Part shown: positions 47,108 to 56,264 of the stretch, in pieces
Layout of the letters: each line of letters begins with the position of its first letter
Numbering within the stretch: the stretch's first letter is position 1
IMG/VR virus record: IMGVR_UViG_3300031857_000091
Location: 1-64,000 of that record
Origin: a virus
Reading direction: 5' to 3' (one strand)
DNA length: 64,000 bases
Notes under the pieces: generated by a model
The model's database searches: none
What the model was told of the DNA's origin: nothing
What the model saw: the letters and a program-made list of their open reading frames with translations, nothing else
Program-made: the position numbers and the translations under genes

Positions 47108-47391
47108 ATTAGCGATCGCTCACCGGAATTCTTAAAATTCTTAATGATTGCTGTACCGCTGCTATTGGGTGAAGATTATCTAGTTTTATTAAGCGAGCAG
47201 CAAAATCTTTTACTTCCGCTAAAAGAAATAATTATTTTGTTTGTAGGCAGTTAAGAGTAGTTCACGCCATTTGATATCTGTAGCGACATCAGTAGCTTGC
47301 CACTACTTTTGTTCGCGGTGATTAACAAATAGTAACACTAAAACTCTTCTTGTTTAATTCAAAAAGAAGAGTTTTAGTAAAATTAGCTAAA

Positions 47392-47658
47392 TTAGCTAAA
47401 GCATTGATTTATCAATAGGCTATCTGACCCCATCCAGTCAGCTACATTGCTGGTTTCTTTTGCGATATACCATTCTTTTTTAGAATTCGTAGTGTAAGTG
47501 TAAACACGATAACAAGTTTTTAGATAGACATTTTCTTCGTCGGTTAAATCAGGATCTGGCAATACTAAATAAAAATCACTGCACTTAATGCTTGTTTGAT
47601 AATACTTGTCTATTATCTCCTGCATAGAATATGTGCCAACATAAGTTATTTTTTTCAT
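47392..47658 (-). CDS. Hypothetical protein
   Basis: 88 aa, GAAGG RBS. Confidence 0.6.
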   Translation of the reverse strand: MKKITYVGTYSMQEIIDKYYQTSIKCSDFYLVLPDPDLTDEENVYLKTCYRVYTYTTNSKKEWYIAKETSNVADWMGSDSLLINQCFS

Positions 47659-47712
47659 TTGTGTGCCTTCTTGTTAAAAAAAATTTTTTACTCTAAAAAA
47701 ATGGGAAAAACG

Positions 47713-47826
47713 TTAATGCGACAAACCGAAAATCAAATACAAAATTAGGAAAAGCAAGATAACGAGAGGGGCGAGAACAATTGCGGCAATTACTCCAGCG
47801 ATAAATCGAGCAAAAAAGGTAATCAT
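47713..47826 (-). CDS. 37-aa membrane peptide separated from its leader by the element
   Basis: MITFFARFIAGVIAAIVLAPLVILLFLILYLIFGLSH; its ATGA is the complement of the TCAT target. Confidence 0.6.
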   Translation of the reverse strand: MITFFARFIAGVIAAIVLAPLVILLFLILYLIFGLSH

Positions 47827-48222
47827 TGGAAAAATGGGTAGAAACCCCGTCCTTGAGGACGGCTTTATATTTTGTCGAAATTAGTGTAAAATAAAAGTAC
47901 GCAACTAAGACCTTATTAGTACGGTGAAACACCCTGTGGCGGGACACCTGTTGAAAAAATGAGTAACCGAAATGGTACTCGGTGCTATGCACGACAGCCT
48001 CAGCCCCCATAAAGAAAGACTGTAAGCGAGTGAAAAAGCGTAAGTAAAAAGTAACCTGAAAGCAATAGCTGACAGGTTAAAGGCAATTGACACCGCCTTG
48101 TGAACTGCTGTTGTATTAGTGCTAAGGCACGATATGACAATGTGGTTGCTTCGAGCAATGACTAGCATTTGTTAGTTATCTCATCTAAAGAATCCACTCA
48201 CCTTTAGGTAGTGGAGTGTCAA
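47827..48222 (+). mobile_element. Non-autonomous IS200/IS605-family element (396 bp), copy 2
   Basis: Inverted copy of 28559-28954 with roughly ten substitutions; preceded by TCAT (47823-47826); ends GTGTCAA. Confidence 0.88.
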
Positions 48223-48243
48223 TTGTTGTCTCTAAATTGAAAA

Positions 48244-48456
48244 CTAAATTGAAAATTCGCTAATTGCGGTAGACAATCGGTCTATTTCTGCCAATTTATA
48301 GTGAGGAATAACCAGAACAAGGTCATCCCCAGTTCCGCAGGTTTCTAGGCTTACTACCCAGTTTTTCCAAGTTCTTTGAACCAGTAAAATTCGGTCTGTA
48401 TCTATGTTTAGCTGGGTTGCAATAATTTGTTTTTGGAGATCTTGATTAATTTTCAT
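48244..48456 (-). CDS. Hypothetical protein
   Basis: 70-aa ORF in promoter-cassette operon. Confidence 0.6.
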   Translation of the reverse strand: MKINQDLQKQIIATQLNIDTDRILLVQRTWKNWVVSLETCGTGDDLVLVIPHYKLAEIDRLSTAISEFSI

Positions 48457-48505
48457 AGTTTGCTGTGTTATTTGAAGAGACCCGCCGGAGATGGCGGGAA
48501 AAAGC

Positions 48506-48820
48506 TTACATGATAAACAAGTCTATTGCAGTTTGAATCCGGCTATGATAATTTTCTATTGCCGGAGTGTACTTGAAGCTTTCTATTGCCCCAATTTCCT
48601 TGTTGTTGTACAAGTCATAAATAAAAGCCGTGTAAACGCTGTAACTCGAACAATATCGCGTAGCCGGGAAATCTTTTCGGCTCAAGACTACCAAGTATTG
48701 CTCAGACAATTCTGAGCACAGAAGCCACTCGGGGTTGCTTATTGTTTGGCTAGGGCGAGGAGTTAAAGGGGGTAAATTTACTTTAGTTTGTGAAATAACT
48801 GGTAAAGCTGGTGAATTCAT
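48506..48820 (-). CDS. Hypothetical protein (promoter-cassette gene)
   Basis: 104 aa, CAGGA RBS. Confidence 0.65.
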   Translation of the reverse strand: MNSPALPVISQTKVNLPPLTPRPSQTISNPEWLLCSELSEQYLVVLSRKDFPATRYCSSYSVYTAFIYDLYNNKEIGAIESFKYTPAIENYHSRIQTAIDLFIM

Positions 48821-48855
48821 TGATTTAATTTCCTGTTTTTTGGTTTACGCTTCCT

Positions 48856-48884
48856 ATCCTAATTTATCCTTTTAAAAATGTCAA
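48856..48884 (-). promoter_or_regulatory. Conserved sigma70-type promoter, copy 5
   Basis: TTGACA-tttttaaaaggataaat(17)-TAGGAT. Confidence 0.8.
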
Positions 48885-49010
48885 CCAGATTGAGGAAAAT
48901 TTTTTTCTCTCTTATTTTTGGTAAAATAAAAGGATTCCTTGAATTCTCGAGTTAATCGAGATTCCTGTTTTGTTTACGATTTACGGCGATCGCTACAGCC
49001 GTTTCCTTTT

Positions 49011-49340
49011 TTACCATCGCAACTTAATCGCTTCATAGATAAGCTCTACCCATAACCCGTTTACCATTTTGCAGGATAACTGGAACACCAAATAGCCGTG
49101 ATATTGTGCAAGATTATATTTTTCATAGTCTCTGTCTAACCCTACTCCTGTCCCGTGGGCTTTGGGTGAGCGAGAATAAGTCCCCCCTTGTATCTCTACC
49201 GCTACTTGAGAAGGTAGATGAGCAAAATCAAATCTAAACTTTCTCCCGGTGATAAGCTGCACTTCTCTATCAAGGATTACTAGAGGGTATGTCTTCCCCC
49301 ATAATGTTAAAAATTTTTCTTCTATTTTTGATGAAGGCAT
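49011..49340 (-). CDS. Vsr/DUF559-like PD-(D/E)XK endonuclease
   Basis: RKFRFDFA..VAVEIQGG..H..DYEKYNLAQ.HGY. Confidence 0.8.
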   Translation of the reverse strand: MPSSKIEEKFLTLWGKTYPLVILDREVQLITGRKFRFDFAHLPSQVAVEIQGGTYSRSPKAHGTGVGLDRDYEKYNLAQYHGYLVFQLSCKMVNGLWVELIYEAIKLRW

Positions 49341-49416
49341 GAATGTTTATTATTGTGATGATAATTTGCCAAAGTTACTATTAATATAACTTTGATAATA
49401 CTAAAACATCAACATC

Positions 49417-49713
49417 ATGATAATTAGAACTATTCAATTATTTGTTAAAACAACTAACTATCGATACATTACCGAGGTCTATAACCATTTATCTAAATCA
49501 TGGTCACCTATAGAAAAATGTCATTATCACTATAAAGATGCCAAGGTGCGAATTAACGAGGGCATTGTTTTTTTAGTGGGACATAGTATAGACAACGAAA
49601 CAGAGTTAAGTAATTTTACTGTTGATTTTTTGGGACAATCTATTGATTGGAATGATGATACAATAGTTTATAAATATATAGAATGGATTGATTATTTTAG
49701 TGCTTACTATTGA
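49417..49713 (+). CDS. Hypothetical protein
   Basis: 98-aa ORF. Confidence 0.5.
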   Translation: MIIRTIQLFVKTTNYRYITEVYNHLSKSWSPIEKCHYHYKDAKVRINEGIVFLVGHSIDNETELSNFTVDFLGQSIDWNDDTIVYKYIEWIDYFSAYY

Positions 49714-49955
49714 TGTCTTAGTAATGTTATATTTTTAAAAGCAATATTTGTTTAAATATAATCTTTTATTTTTTGCTCTCACAAAAAGCTTGTGGGAGTT
49801 TTATTATTTCACAAAAAAAATACCAAAATTCATTTAAAAATTAAGCTTAATTCGTTTAGTCGCTTAAACTGCTATTTATTCTGATTACGTCTTACTGCCT
49901 TTATTCGTAAGGATTCTTACAATTAGATGTGACATGATATTTAGGTGTTAAGCGT

Positions 49956-50417
49956 ATGGCTACTAATTTTTTGGTAGGGGGTGGCAACAAGGTAAGCGTC
50001 AAAGTAACGGCAATACCAGAAACTGTTGCAGAACCTCAAAATGGTGGATCTACTCTTTTATATGGTGGAACTCAAGCTGGATTCAATATCTCTGCTGACC
50101 AAACAGATTCTAAGGTTTTTGAAGACGAGCTAGGTTTTGCTTTTGGTGTAGTCACAGGTCAATCATGGGACGTTCCTTGGACAGCTAACCTTTTGACTGC
50201 TGACCCTGGGCATCAAATTTTAAAAGCAGCTGCAATCGGTGCTGTTTCTGGGAAAAAAGTCGGTATCACAGTTGAAGTCAAAAACCAAGCTCAGGCGACT
50301 ATTTCCAAGCTGGATGGAGTAGCTATAGTTACAAATTATTCAGAAGATTATCCTGCTGATGGAATCTTAACTTATAACTGCACCTTTACTGGTTACGGAA
50401 GTCCAACACTTAGCTAA
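49956..50417 (+). CDS. Tail tube (major tail) protein, siphovirus type
   Basis: SWDVPWTA, GVAIVTNYSEDYPADGILTYNCTFTGYG (TP901-1-like). Confidence 0.8.
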   Translation: MATNFLVGGGNKVSVKVTAIPETVAEPQNGGSTLLYGGTQAGFNISADQTDSKVFEDELGFAFGVVTGQSWDVPWTANLLTADPGHQILKAAAIGAVSGKKVGITVEVKNQAQATISKLDGVAIVTNYSEDYPADGILTYNCTFTGYGSPTLS

Positions 50418-50445
50418 TAAAACAGATAATAAAGAGGTGATTTAA

Positions 50446-50769
50446 ATGGCGGCTATTCAACCTACCGATATTTTTAGTGGTTACACTGCTGATGGAAACG
50501 GGCTTACAATTCCTTTTTCTTCAATTCCTGGACTTACTGCGGCAGAAGCTCATGCAGCAACTGGAGATGCTCGCGAAGTTTTACGTCTTATTTTAGAAAA
50601 GTATTTTGTTGCTATAGAAGCAATGCCTGCCAACGAAAAGCCTGCTTTTATGAGTATCTCTAGAGGCAGCTTAGTTGGTTTAACATCTAGTACAGTTCGC
50701 AGAAGTTACTCAATATCTTTTGATGAATCAGTTGGAGCTGTGGCAACTTCTATTAGACCAGAGCCTTAG
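50446..50769 (+). CDS. Hypothetical virion-associated protein
   Basis: GAGGTG RBS, cotranscribed with tail tube. Confidence 0.55.
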   Translation: MAAIQPTDIFSGYTADGNGLTIPFSSIPGLTAAEAHAATGDAREVLRLILEKYFVAIEAMPANEKPAFMSISRGSLVGLTSSTVRRSYSISFDESVGAVATSIRPEP

Positions 50770-50850
50770 TTTTGATTGACACACATTATTTGTGAAAACA
50801 TAAACCCCCTCTTTGTAAAAAAAAGAGGGGATGTTTGGTAACTAAATTTT

Positions 50851-51114
50851 TTAGAATTCTACAGGCGGTTTGTCTGGGTAATAATCTATGTACTCGGTTA
50901 TAGGAACATTAATTGTTCTTGTTTTAACAACTTCGTAGCAAGTGTTAGACAAATAGCCTTCACTTTCGTCATGCTGAACCCAGTCGTATTCCTCAACTTG
51001 TTCTTGTATTTTGATACATTTTAACGCTTCATAGAAAGCGTCAAAAGATGTACGAAACAGACTCAATGCTTCTTCTATGTCGGTTACTGTTTGGCTGTTG
51101 GGTGTCATGTGCAT
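50851..51114 (-). CDS. Hypothetical protein (promoter-cassette gene)
   Basis: 87-aa acidic ORF. Confidence 0.6.
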   Translation of the reverse strand: MHMTPNSQTVTDIEEALSLFRTSFDAFYEALKCIKIQEQVEEYDWVQHDESEGYLSNTCYEVVKTRTINVPITEYIDYYPDKPPVEF

Positions 51115-51140
51115 TCATTGCTTGTTTTGTTTACTCATCT

Positions 51141-51170
51141 ACCTTAGCACGATACTTTTAAAACTGTCAA
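51141..51170 (-). promoter_or_regulatory. Conserved sigma70-type promoter, copy 6
   Basis: TTGACA-gttttaaaagtatcgtgc(18)-TAAGGT. Confidence 0.75.
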
Positions 51171-51207
51171 GTAAATTTACAAACAAAACAAACATCCGCA
51201 AACAATC

Positions 51208-51645
51208 CTAAAAATTAAGTGATAGTTGAGTCACCCTTTCCTTTTTTTTAGCCAGTAAAGCAACAAGCGCAGTAATCAATCTAGCTGTTTCTTCATCAGT
51301 TAATGTATCAGCCTCTTCAATAGTTCTCTCAATCAATCCTGGCTTGTTTTTAGCTTCTTGTGTTTTTGTGTTGTTTAAATGAGCAATCAATTCATCTGGA
51401 GAAATCTGCATCAATTCAGCCATTTTGTAGATATGCTCGTTTTTTGGATAAGATTTAGCCTGTTCCCAGAATGTCACGGTGGATGTAACTACCCCAAACT
51501 TTTCTGCCATTATTCTACGTACCCAGTAACACTTTTCTCTTTCTTTATGGCAAATGATTCCCCATCTTTGGGCTGGGGTTTGCTGTTCGTACGGGATTTT
51601 TAACAAAGCATCTATCTTCATCATGGCGGTTTCGTTATCTGTCAA
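51208..51645 (-). CDS. XRE-family HTH transcriptional regulator
   Basis: MAEKFGVVTSTVTFWEQAKSYP..MAELMQISPDEL; divergent from replication genes. Confidence 0.8.
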   Translation of the reverse strand: MTDNETAMMKIDALLKIPYEQQTPAQRWGIICHKEREKCYWVRRIMAEKFGVVTSTVTFWEQAKSYPKNEHIYKMAELMQISPDELIAHLNNTKTQEAKNKPGLIERTIEEADTLTDEETARLITALVALLAKKKERVTQLSLNF

Positions 51646-51811
51646 ACTAATCTTTTATTGTTTTTATTGTAACCAAAGTTTTGCAAAGTAAAAACAAATT
51701 ACTAAAAACTCATATATATAGGATACGGTTTAAAATATAAAGTTTGTTTGTAAATTGTTTAAAAAATAACCATCGTCGATTAAAATGTAAAAACGTCTAA
51801 GAGGAAAATTT

Positions 51812-52645
51812 ATGCTCTTCCAACTTAACCAATTGAAAATCACCCCTGATTCTTTTAGATTGCTTTATGCGATCATAACAGCCGCTTATCACTCCAAAGT
51901 ATTGGAAACTACTCACAAGAGTCTACAGAAAGACTCTAGACTTAGTGAGTATAAAGTGCGAAACTCTCTACTAGAACTAAAAAAAGAAAAACTTATTACA
52001 ACCAAAACAAGTACTGATGGCATAAAGATAGTTCTTGGACAACAAATAATTGAAATGATTTATCTAGACTATACAAAAAAAGGAGCTAGTCAACGAACAA
52101 GAAATATGGCTGAGATAAAAAAGTCTCAACCTCCCAAACAGGAGGTAGAAGCTACGAAGTGCCAGACATTATCGACGCAGAGCTTGACTCCATCGAACCG
52201 CCAGAATACTTCAAAGCCTTCTTTGCGAAGCACTTCCAAGAAAGGAATTTTGACGGAGACAGTGAGTCAAACTCCGAAACAAGTACAGACAGCACCAGAG
52301 AAGCCACCAACAAAACCAACAAAACCACCGACGACCAAACGCCCACCATCAAAACCACGAACAAGCCAAAAGCTAAAGGCTTCGGATAAAAAGCCTTATA
52401 TCACCACCAGAGGGACTCTCTACAAGTTTTTTGAGGAATGGCTCAAAAATTATGAGATTTTAAGCGAACTAGATATAGCTTGTCTTCTCAAGAAAGATGA
52501 TCAGAAAATGATGCGCTATTGGATAAACTTTCAGGACTATGCCCGTTGCTGGTTGAGCCGTAATCGGCAAATTGAAAGACCGGAGAGAGACTTAAACAAA
52601 ATCAAGGCGATGAAAAAATTCGCGGGATTAGCCAAAGCGAGTTAG
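51812..52645 (+). CDS. Putative replication initiator (N-terminal winged HTH, low-complexity linker)
   Basis: LQKDSRLSEYKVRNSLLELKKEKLI wHTH; directly upstream of dnaB. Confidence 0.55.
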   Translation: MLFQLNQLKITPDSFRLLYAIITAAYHSKVLETTHKSLQKDSRLSEYKVRNSLLELKKEKLITTKTSTDGIKIVLGQQIIEMIYLDYTKKGASQRTRNMAEIKKSQPPKQEVEATKCQTLSTQSLTPSNRQNTSKPSLRSTSKKGILTETVSQTPKQVQTAPEKPPTKPTKPPTTKRPPSKPRTSQKLKASDKKPYITTRGTLYKFFEEWLKNYEILSELDIACLLKKDDQKMMRYWINFQDYARCWLSRNRQIERPERDLNKIKAMKKFAGLAKAS

Positions 52646-52719
52646 CTTTTTTGACCAAGATAAGAGATAATATTTTCTTGTCTAAACAAGTTTGTGAATT
52701 AACAAATAAAGGAGTTTGT

Positions 52720-54075
52720 ATGACAACGCAAGGGAAGCTACCTCCAAATTCTCTATCAGGAGAAGAAAGTTTACTAGGGTTACTATTAATGAATAGCGAT
52801 AACCTTCTCGAAATTCTCCAAGAGCTGGATGTCAGCGATTTTTATTCTCCAGCTCATCAAAAAATCTTTGAAGCTATAAAGCAATTGCATCGAAAAAATA
52901 AACCAGTGGACTTGATTACAGTCACACTGGCTTTAGAAGACGTAAATCACTTAACAAGTGTGGGGGGAAGACCCAAGCTTGCTGATTTAATTGAAAAAGG
53001 ATATATGTGTTACAACCCAATGGAGGTTGTGAATGTTATTAAACATAATAGCATAAAACGCAAGATACTATCAATAACACATGAGATAGCAGGGCAATTG
53101 TATGACCCCAGCACAGAAGCTTTAGAAATAATTCAGGAATATACAGAGATTCTTTTAGGGTTGGGAGATAGACTGCGCCCTACGACTAATGGACTGCGAG
53201 ATATTCAAACAATCATGCCAAATGTTTTGGATGACATCGAAAAACTAAATAGTGAAGAGGATACCGTTTCATTAAATACAGGACTTTATGACCTTGATAA
53301 ATTAACTGGAGGGTTTCCAAGAGGTTCGTTTTCTGCTATAGTTGCTCGAGCTGGCATGGGAAAAACAACAACTGCCGTACAAATAGCAATGAATTTAGCC
53401 CAACAAGGCAAGAAAGTCTGTTACTTTTCTCTGGAGATGACTGAGGTTCAATTGGTCAAGAAAATAATGGCTCGAATAATAGCAAAAGAAGATCCTCATC
53501 CAAAACTTAATGCTTCAAATCTTTTCCGAAGCCAAGGACTAAAAGACGTGAGAGATTTAGAGCTTTTTATTTCTGCTATTCCAGCAGCAAGTGAATTAAG
53601 TTTTTTGATAGACGAGTATTCAAGTACAACAGTTGATCACATTCGCAACGAATTAACAAAACAAGTCCAGAAAGGACAGAAGCCGGATGTTGTTTTTGTT
53701 GATTATGTTGGGATCATGGATATTGAATCAAAATATCGAAACAGGGTATTAGAATTAGACCATACTCTCAAACAGTTGCGAGCAATTGCAAAAGATTTTG
53801 ATGTAGCACTAATTGGACTAGAACAAATTAATCGAGGAGTCGAATCTCAATCCGATAAACGTCCTGCAATGAAAGATATTCGGGGAACAGGCGGGTATGA
53901 ACAAGAAGCTGCCTTAATACTAGGTTTATATAATCCTGACTATTACAAACCCGAAGAAGCTCCACCCATGGGAATACTAGAGATAATTGTCCTTAAAAGC
54001 CGTTTTGGAAAGCCCGGAACGGTCAAGGTAGGGTTTGAACCTCAATACAATAGACTTCGTAATCTGGCTTTGTAA
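52720..54075 (+). CDS. dnaB: Replicative DNA helicase
   Basis: PPNSLSGEESLLG, DFYSPAHQKIF, ARAGMGKT, FSLEMT, FVDYVG, QINRGVE; GGAG RBS before ATG 52720. Confidence 0.95.
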   Translation: MTTQGKLPPNSLSGEESLLGLLLMNSDNLLEILQELDVSDFYSPAHQKIFEAIKQLHRKNKPVDLITVTLALEDVNHLTSVGGRPKLADLIEKGYMCYNPMEVVNVIKHNSIKRKILSITHEIAGQLYDPSTEALEIIQEYTEILLGLGDRLRPTTNGLRDIQTIMPNVLDDIEKLNSEEDTVSLNTGLYDLDKLTGGFPRGSFSAIVARAGMGKTTTAVQIAMNLAQQGKKVCYFSLEMTEVQLVKKIMARIIAKEDPHPKLNASNLFRSQGLKDVRDLELFISAIPAASELSFLIDEYSSTTVDHIRNELTKQVQKGQKPDVVFVDYVGIMDIESKYRNRVLELDHTLKQLRAIAKDFDVALIGLEQINRGVESQSDKRPAMKDIRGTGGYEQEAALILGLYNPDYYKPEEAPPMGILEIIVLKSRFGKPGTVKVGFEPQYNRLRNLAL

Positions 54076-54122
54076 TATTGCCTTAAACTCATTTACTTGA
54101 TACTATTGAAAACAGCAAGTAA

Positions 54123-54437
54123 ATGAGTTTTTATTTAGCCATGAAAAAAACAAGAAGACAACTAGAAACCTACCAAGCCGTTTATCAACGGAATAAGTAT
54201 GCTCCAGTAAAAAAGAAGCTGTGTGAAGAAAAAAAAGAAAGTTTTCTCGCTCGTTATCCTGACTGGGAAAAAAAGAAATCTCGTCTTACTAATGAAGAAA
54301 TATATATTATTAGTAGTTACTATGGTCTTAATGGACATAGAGAATTTAACAGAAAAATAGCCAAGGAACTTAATATAAGTACGCAATGGCTATACGAGAA
54401 AAGAAAAAAGATAGAAGCTAAACTAGATCAAGATTAG
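54123..54437 (+). CDS. Stand-alone sigma70 region 4-like HTH protein
   Basis: LTNEEIYIISSYYGLNG..KIAKELNIS..EKRKKIEAKL. Confidence 0.7.
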   Translation: MSFYLAMKKTRRQLETYQAVYQRNKYAPVKKKLCEEKKESFLARYPDWEKKKSRLTNEEIYIISSYYGLNGHREFNRKIAKELNISTQWLYEKRKKIEAKLDQD

Positions 54438-55236
54438 CCTCGGTTAATCCAAAAGCTTCTAAAGATAACTGAAAAGGATTATCTGGAATACACTCAACCA
54501 AAGATAGCATCATTTGTGCTATCTTTTGTATTTCTAGTTGCGCATCGGAAGAATTTCGTAGTCGCTGGAAATGAACAAAACTTCTAAAGTTAAAAGTAAC
54601 ATCAAAATCTACTTGCTTGCAGTAAGGAAGAAAGTACCTGCTACATTCTTTTGCTCTTTTTCTTCCTACTACTGGAGTCAATCTAGAGCAAGTCAAATGA
54701 TATAACCTGTGCCCTAACTCGGCATAGGAATTAAGTAAATTAATAATATCTCCAGGCTCGTTAAATTCTGGATAATTGGCTAAAGTTTCTGATAAATCAT
54801 TTACTAGATGAATCTCTGTCCCGTCAAATGCAGCCCAGTCTGAGGGGAGATACCACTTATCAGGAAGTTCTTTGTATCTGGCAGATTCCGTGTTAATAGA
54901 CACACCAATACGATGTTTAAGAAAGTGGATATGACTAGCGATATCGGCTCGTACCTGAAAATGTAAGGTACTTTTTTCAAAGGGAGTATGATGACCTGCT
55001 CTAGCCAAAGAGAGTAACAATTCTTTCGGCGATCGCTTTCTATTTTTTTTTGTGTCTTCAAATAACGAATTAATCCAAGTCTTCCCTCCAGAACCATCAT
55101 TTACTGATTTTTCATAAAGAGATGATAGGGAGTCTATATTATCTAAACAGGTAGACTGCCAAGCTGATAAACAATGGGTTTCGTCCCCACCGTAGTAACC
55201 CATTAAAGCAACAAGATTTTGATGACGATATTTCAT
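54418..55236 (-). CDS. thyX: FAD-dependent thymidylate synthase
   Basis: GHHTPFE, KHRIGVSINTESARY, AKECSRYFLP, NFRSFVHFQRLR..AQLEI. Confidence 0.93.
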   Translation of the reverse strand: MKYRHQNLVALMGYYGGDETHCLSAWQSTCLDNIDSLSSLYEKSVNDGSGGKTWINSLFEDTKKNRKRSPKELLLSLARAGHHTPFEKSTLHFQVRADIASHIHFLKHRIGVSINTESARYKELPDKWYLPSDWAAFDGTEIHLVNDLSETLANYPEFNEPGDIINLLNSYAELGHRLYHLTCSRLTPVVGRKRAKECSRYFLPYCKQVDFDVTFNFRSFVHFQRLRNSSDAQLEIQKIAQMMLSLVECIPDNPFQLSLEAFGLTEANLDLV

Positions 55237-55868
55237 TAAACTTTTGAGAATATGACTGTTTGAGGTTGATTTTGATACTTGCCTTTTCTGTCAGAGTAAG
55301 ACGTTTGGCACGATTCCCCTTTGAAAAAAAGAACTTGAGCTATTCCTTCATTAACATACAATCGACATGGGGTGTTGGATGTATTAGCAAATTCTAGAGT
55401 AAGATAACCGCGCCAACCAGCTTCTAACGGCGTTATGTTGGCAATTATTCCAGCTCTAGCATAAGTTGATTTTCCCAAACATACCCCAGTCACATCCTCT
55501 GGCATATTAAAAGCTTCTACAGAGACTCCTAGAGCATAGCCATGAGCGGGGATAACGAAGAATTCGCCATACGAATCGACTATACTAGTTAATTGCTCGA
55601 CCGAATCCTCGTTAAAACACTTCGGGTTATTAATTTTTTTTGTTAGCAGAAAATTACCAGACTTTTTAGTTTTTCTACTCGTAAATATCCGAAAATCTTT
55701 TTCGGATAACCTGATATCATAGCCGTATGAACTTAACCCATAGCTAATTACTTTACGGTTATTTAGTCTAGAAACCAACTGCTTTTCAAACGGGGCAATC
55801 ATTCCTGCTGTATTAGCTAAGTGATTAATTTGTTTATCATTTAGAATCATCGCTAACCTCTGCTTCAT
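55236..55868 (-). CDS. dcd: dCTP deaminase
   Basis: SYGLSSYGYDIRL, GKSTYARAG, TPLEAGWRG, EGIAQ, GKYQNQ. Confidence 0.95.
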   Translation of the reverse strand: MKQRLAMILNDKQINHLANTAGMIAPFEKQLVSRLNNRKVISYGLSSYGYDIRLSEKDFRIFTSRKTKKSGNFLLTKKINNPKCFNEDSVEQLTSIVDSYGEFFVIPAHGYALGVSVEAFNMPEDVTGVCLGKSTYARAGIIANITPLEAGWRGYLTLEFANTSNTPCRLYVNEGIAQVLFFKGESCQTSYSDRKGKYQNQPQTVIFSKV

Positions 55869-56229
55869 TAACTAATTGACTAAATTGAGAAAACTTATCT
55901 CTTTTGTTTATTAATAGTTTTAATTTATTTGACTCCAGTAAAATATCTAGCCCATCATTAAATGATTCGGTTACCACTATTCCAAGCAACGTTATACAAG
56001 ATTGTTCTTTAATGTCAGGATAAGCCAATTTTAAAGCTTTGATTAAATAAGCGTAAATAGGCAATGGCTCGTATACTTGCATTTGAGTTATCCATTCTGG
56101 ACTTTTATAAAGCAGAATAATCTCAGGTATTCTGGGAGACTCCTTTAATAACTTTATTAAAGAAGTTAAGATGGCTTTATTCCCTGTATAAGTATCCTTG
56201 ATTTGCGATAATCTAATTTCTGTTATCAT
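55837..56229 (-). CDS. Hypothetical protein
   Basis: 130-aa ORF overlapping dcd start. Confidence 0.5.
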   Translation of the reverse strand: MITEIRLSQIKDTYTGNKAILTSLIKLLKESPRIPEIILLYKSPEWITQMQVYEPLPIYAYLIKALKLAYPDIKEQSCITLLGIVVTESFNDGLDILLESNKLKLLINKRDKFSQFSQLVNEAEVSDDSK

Positions 56230-56264
56230 CTCAATAATTACTCTAGTTGCGAGAAATGTATTAA

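Noticed and set aside
47827-48222. IStron (self-splicing) explanation for the elements
   Set aside because: Both copies are antisense to their host genes and I could not identify a group I intron core.
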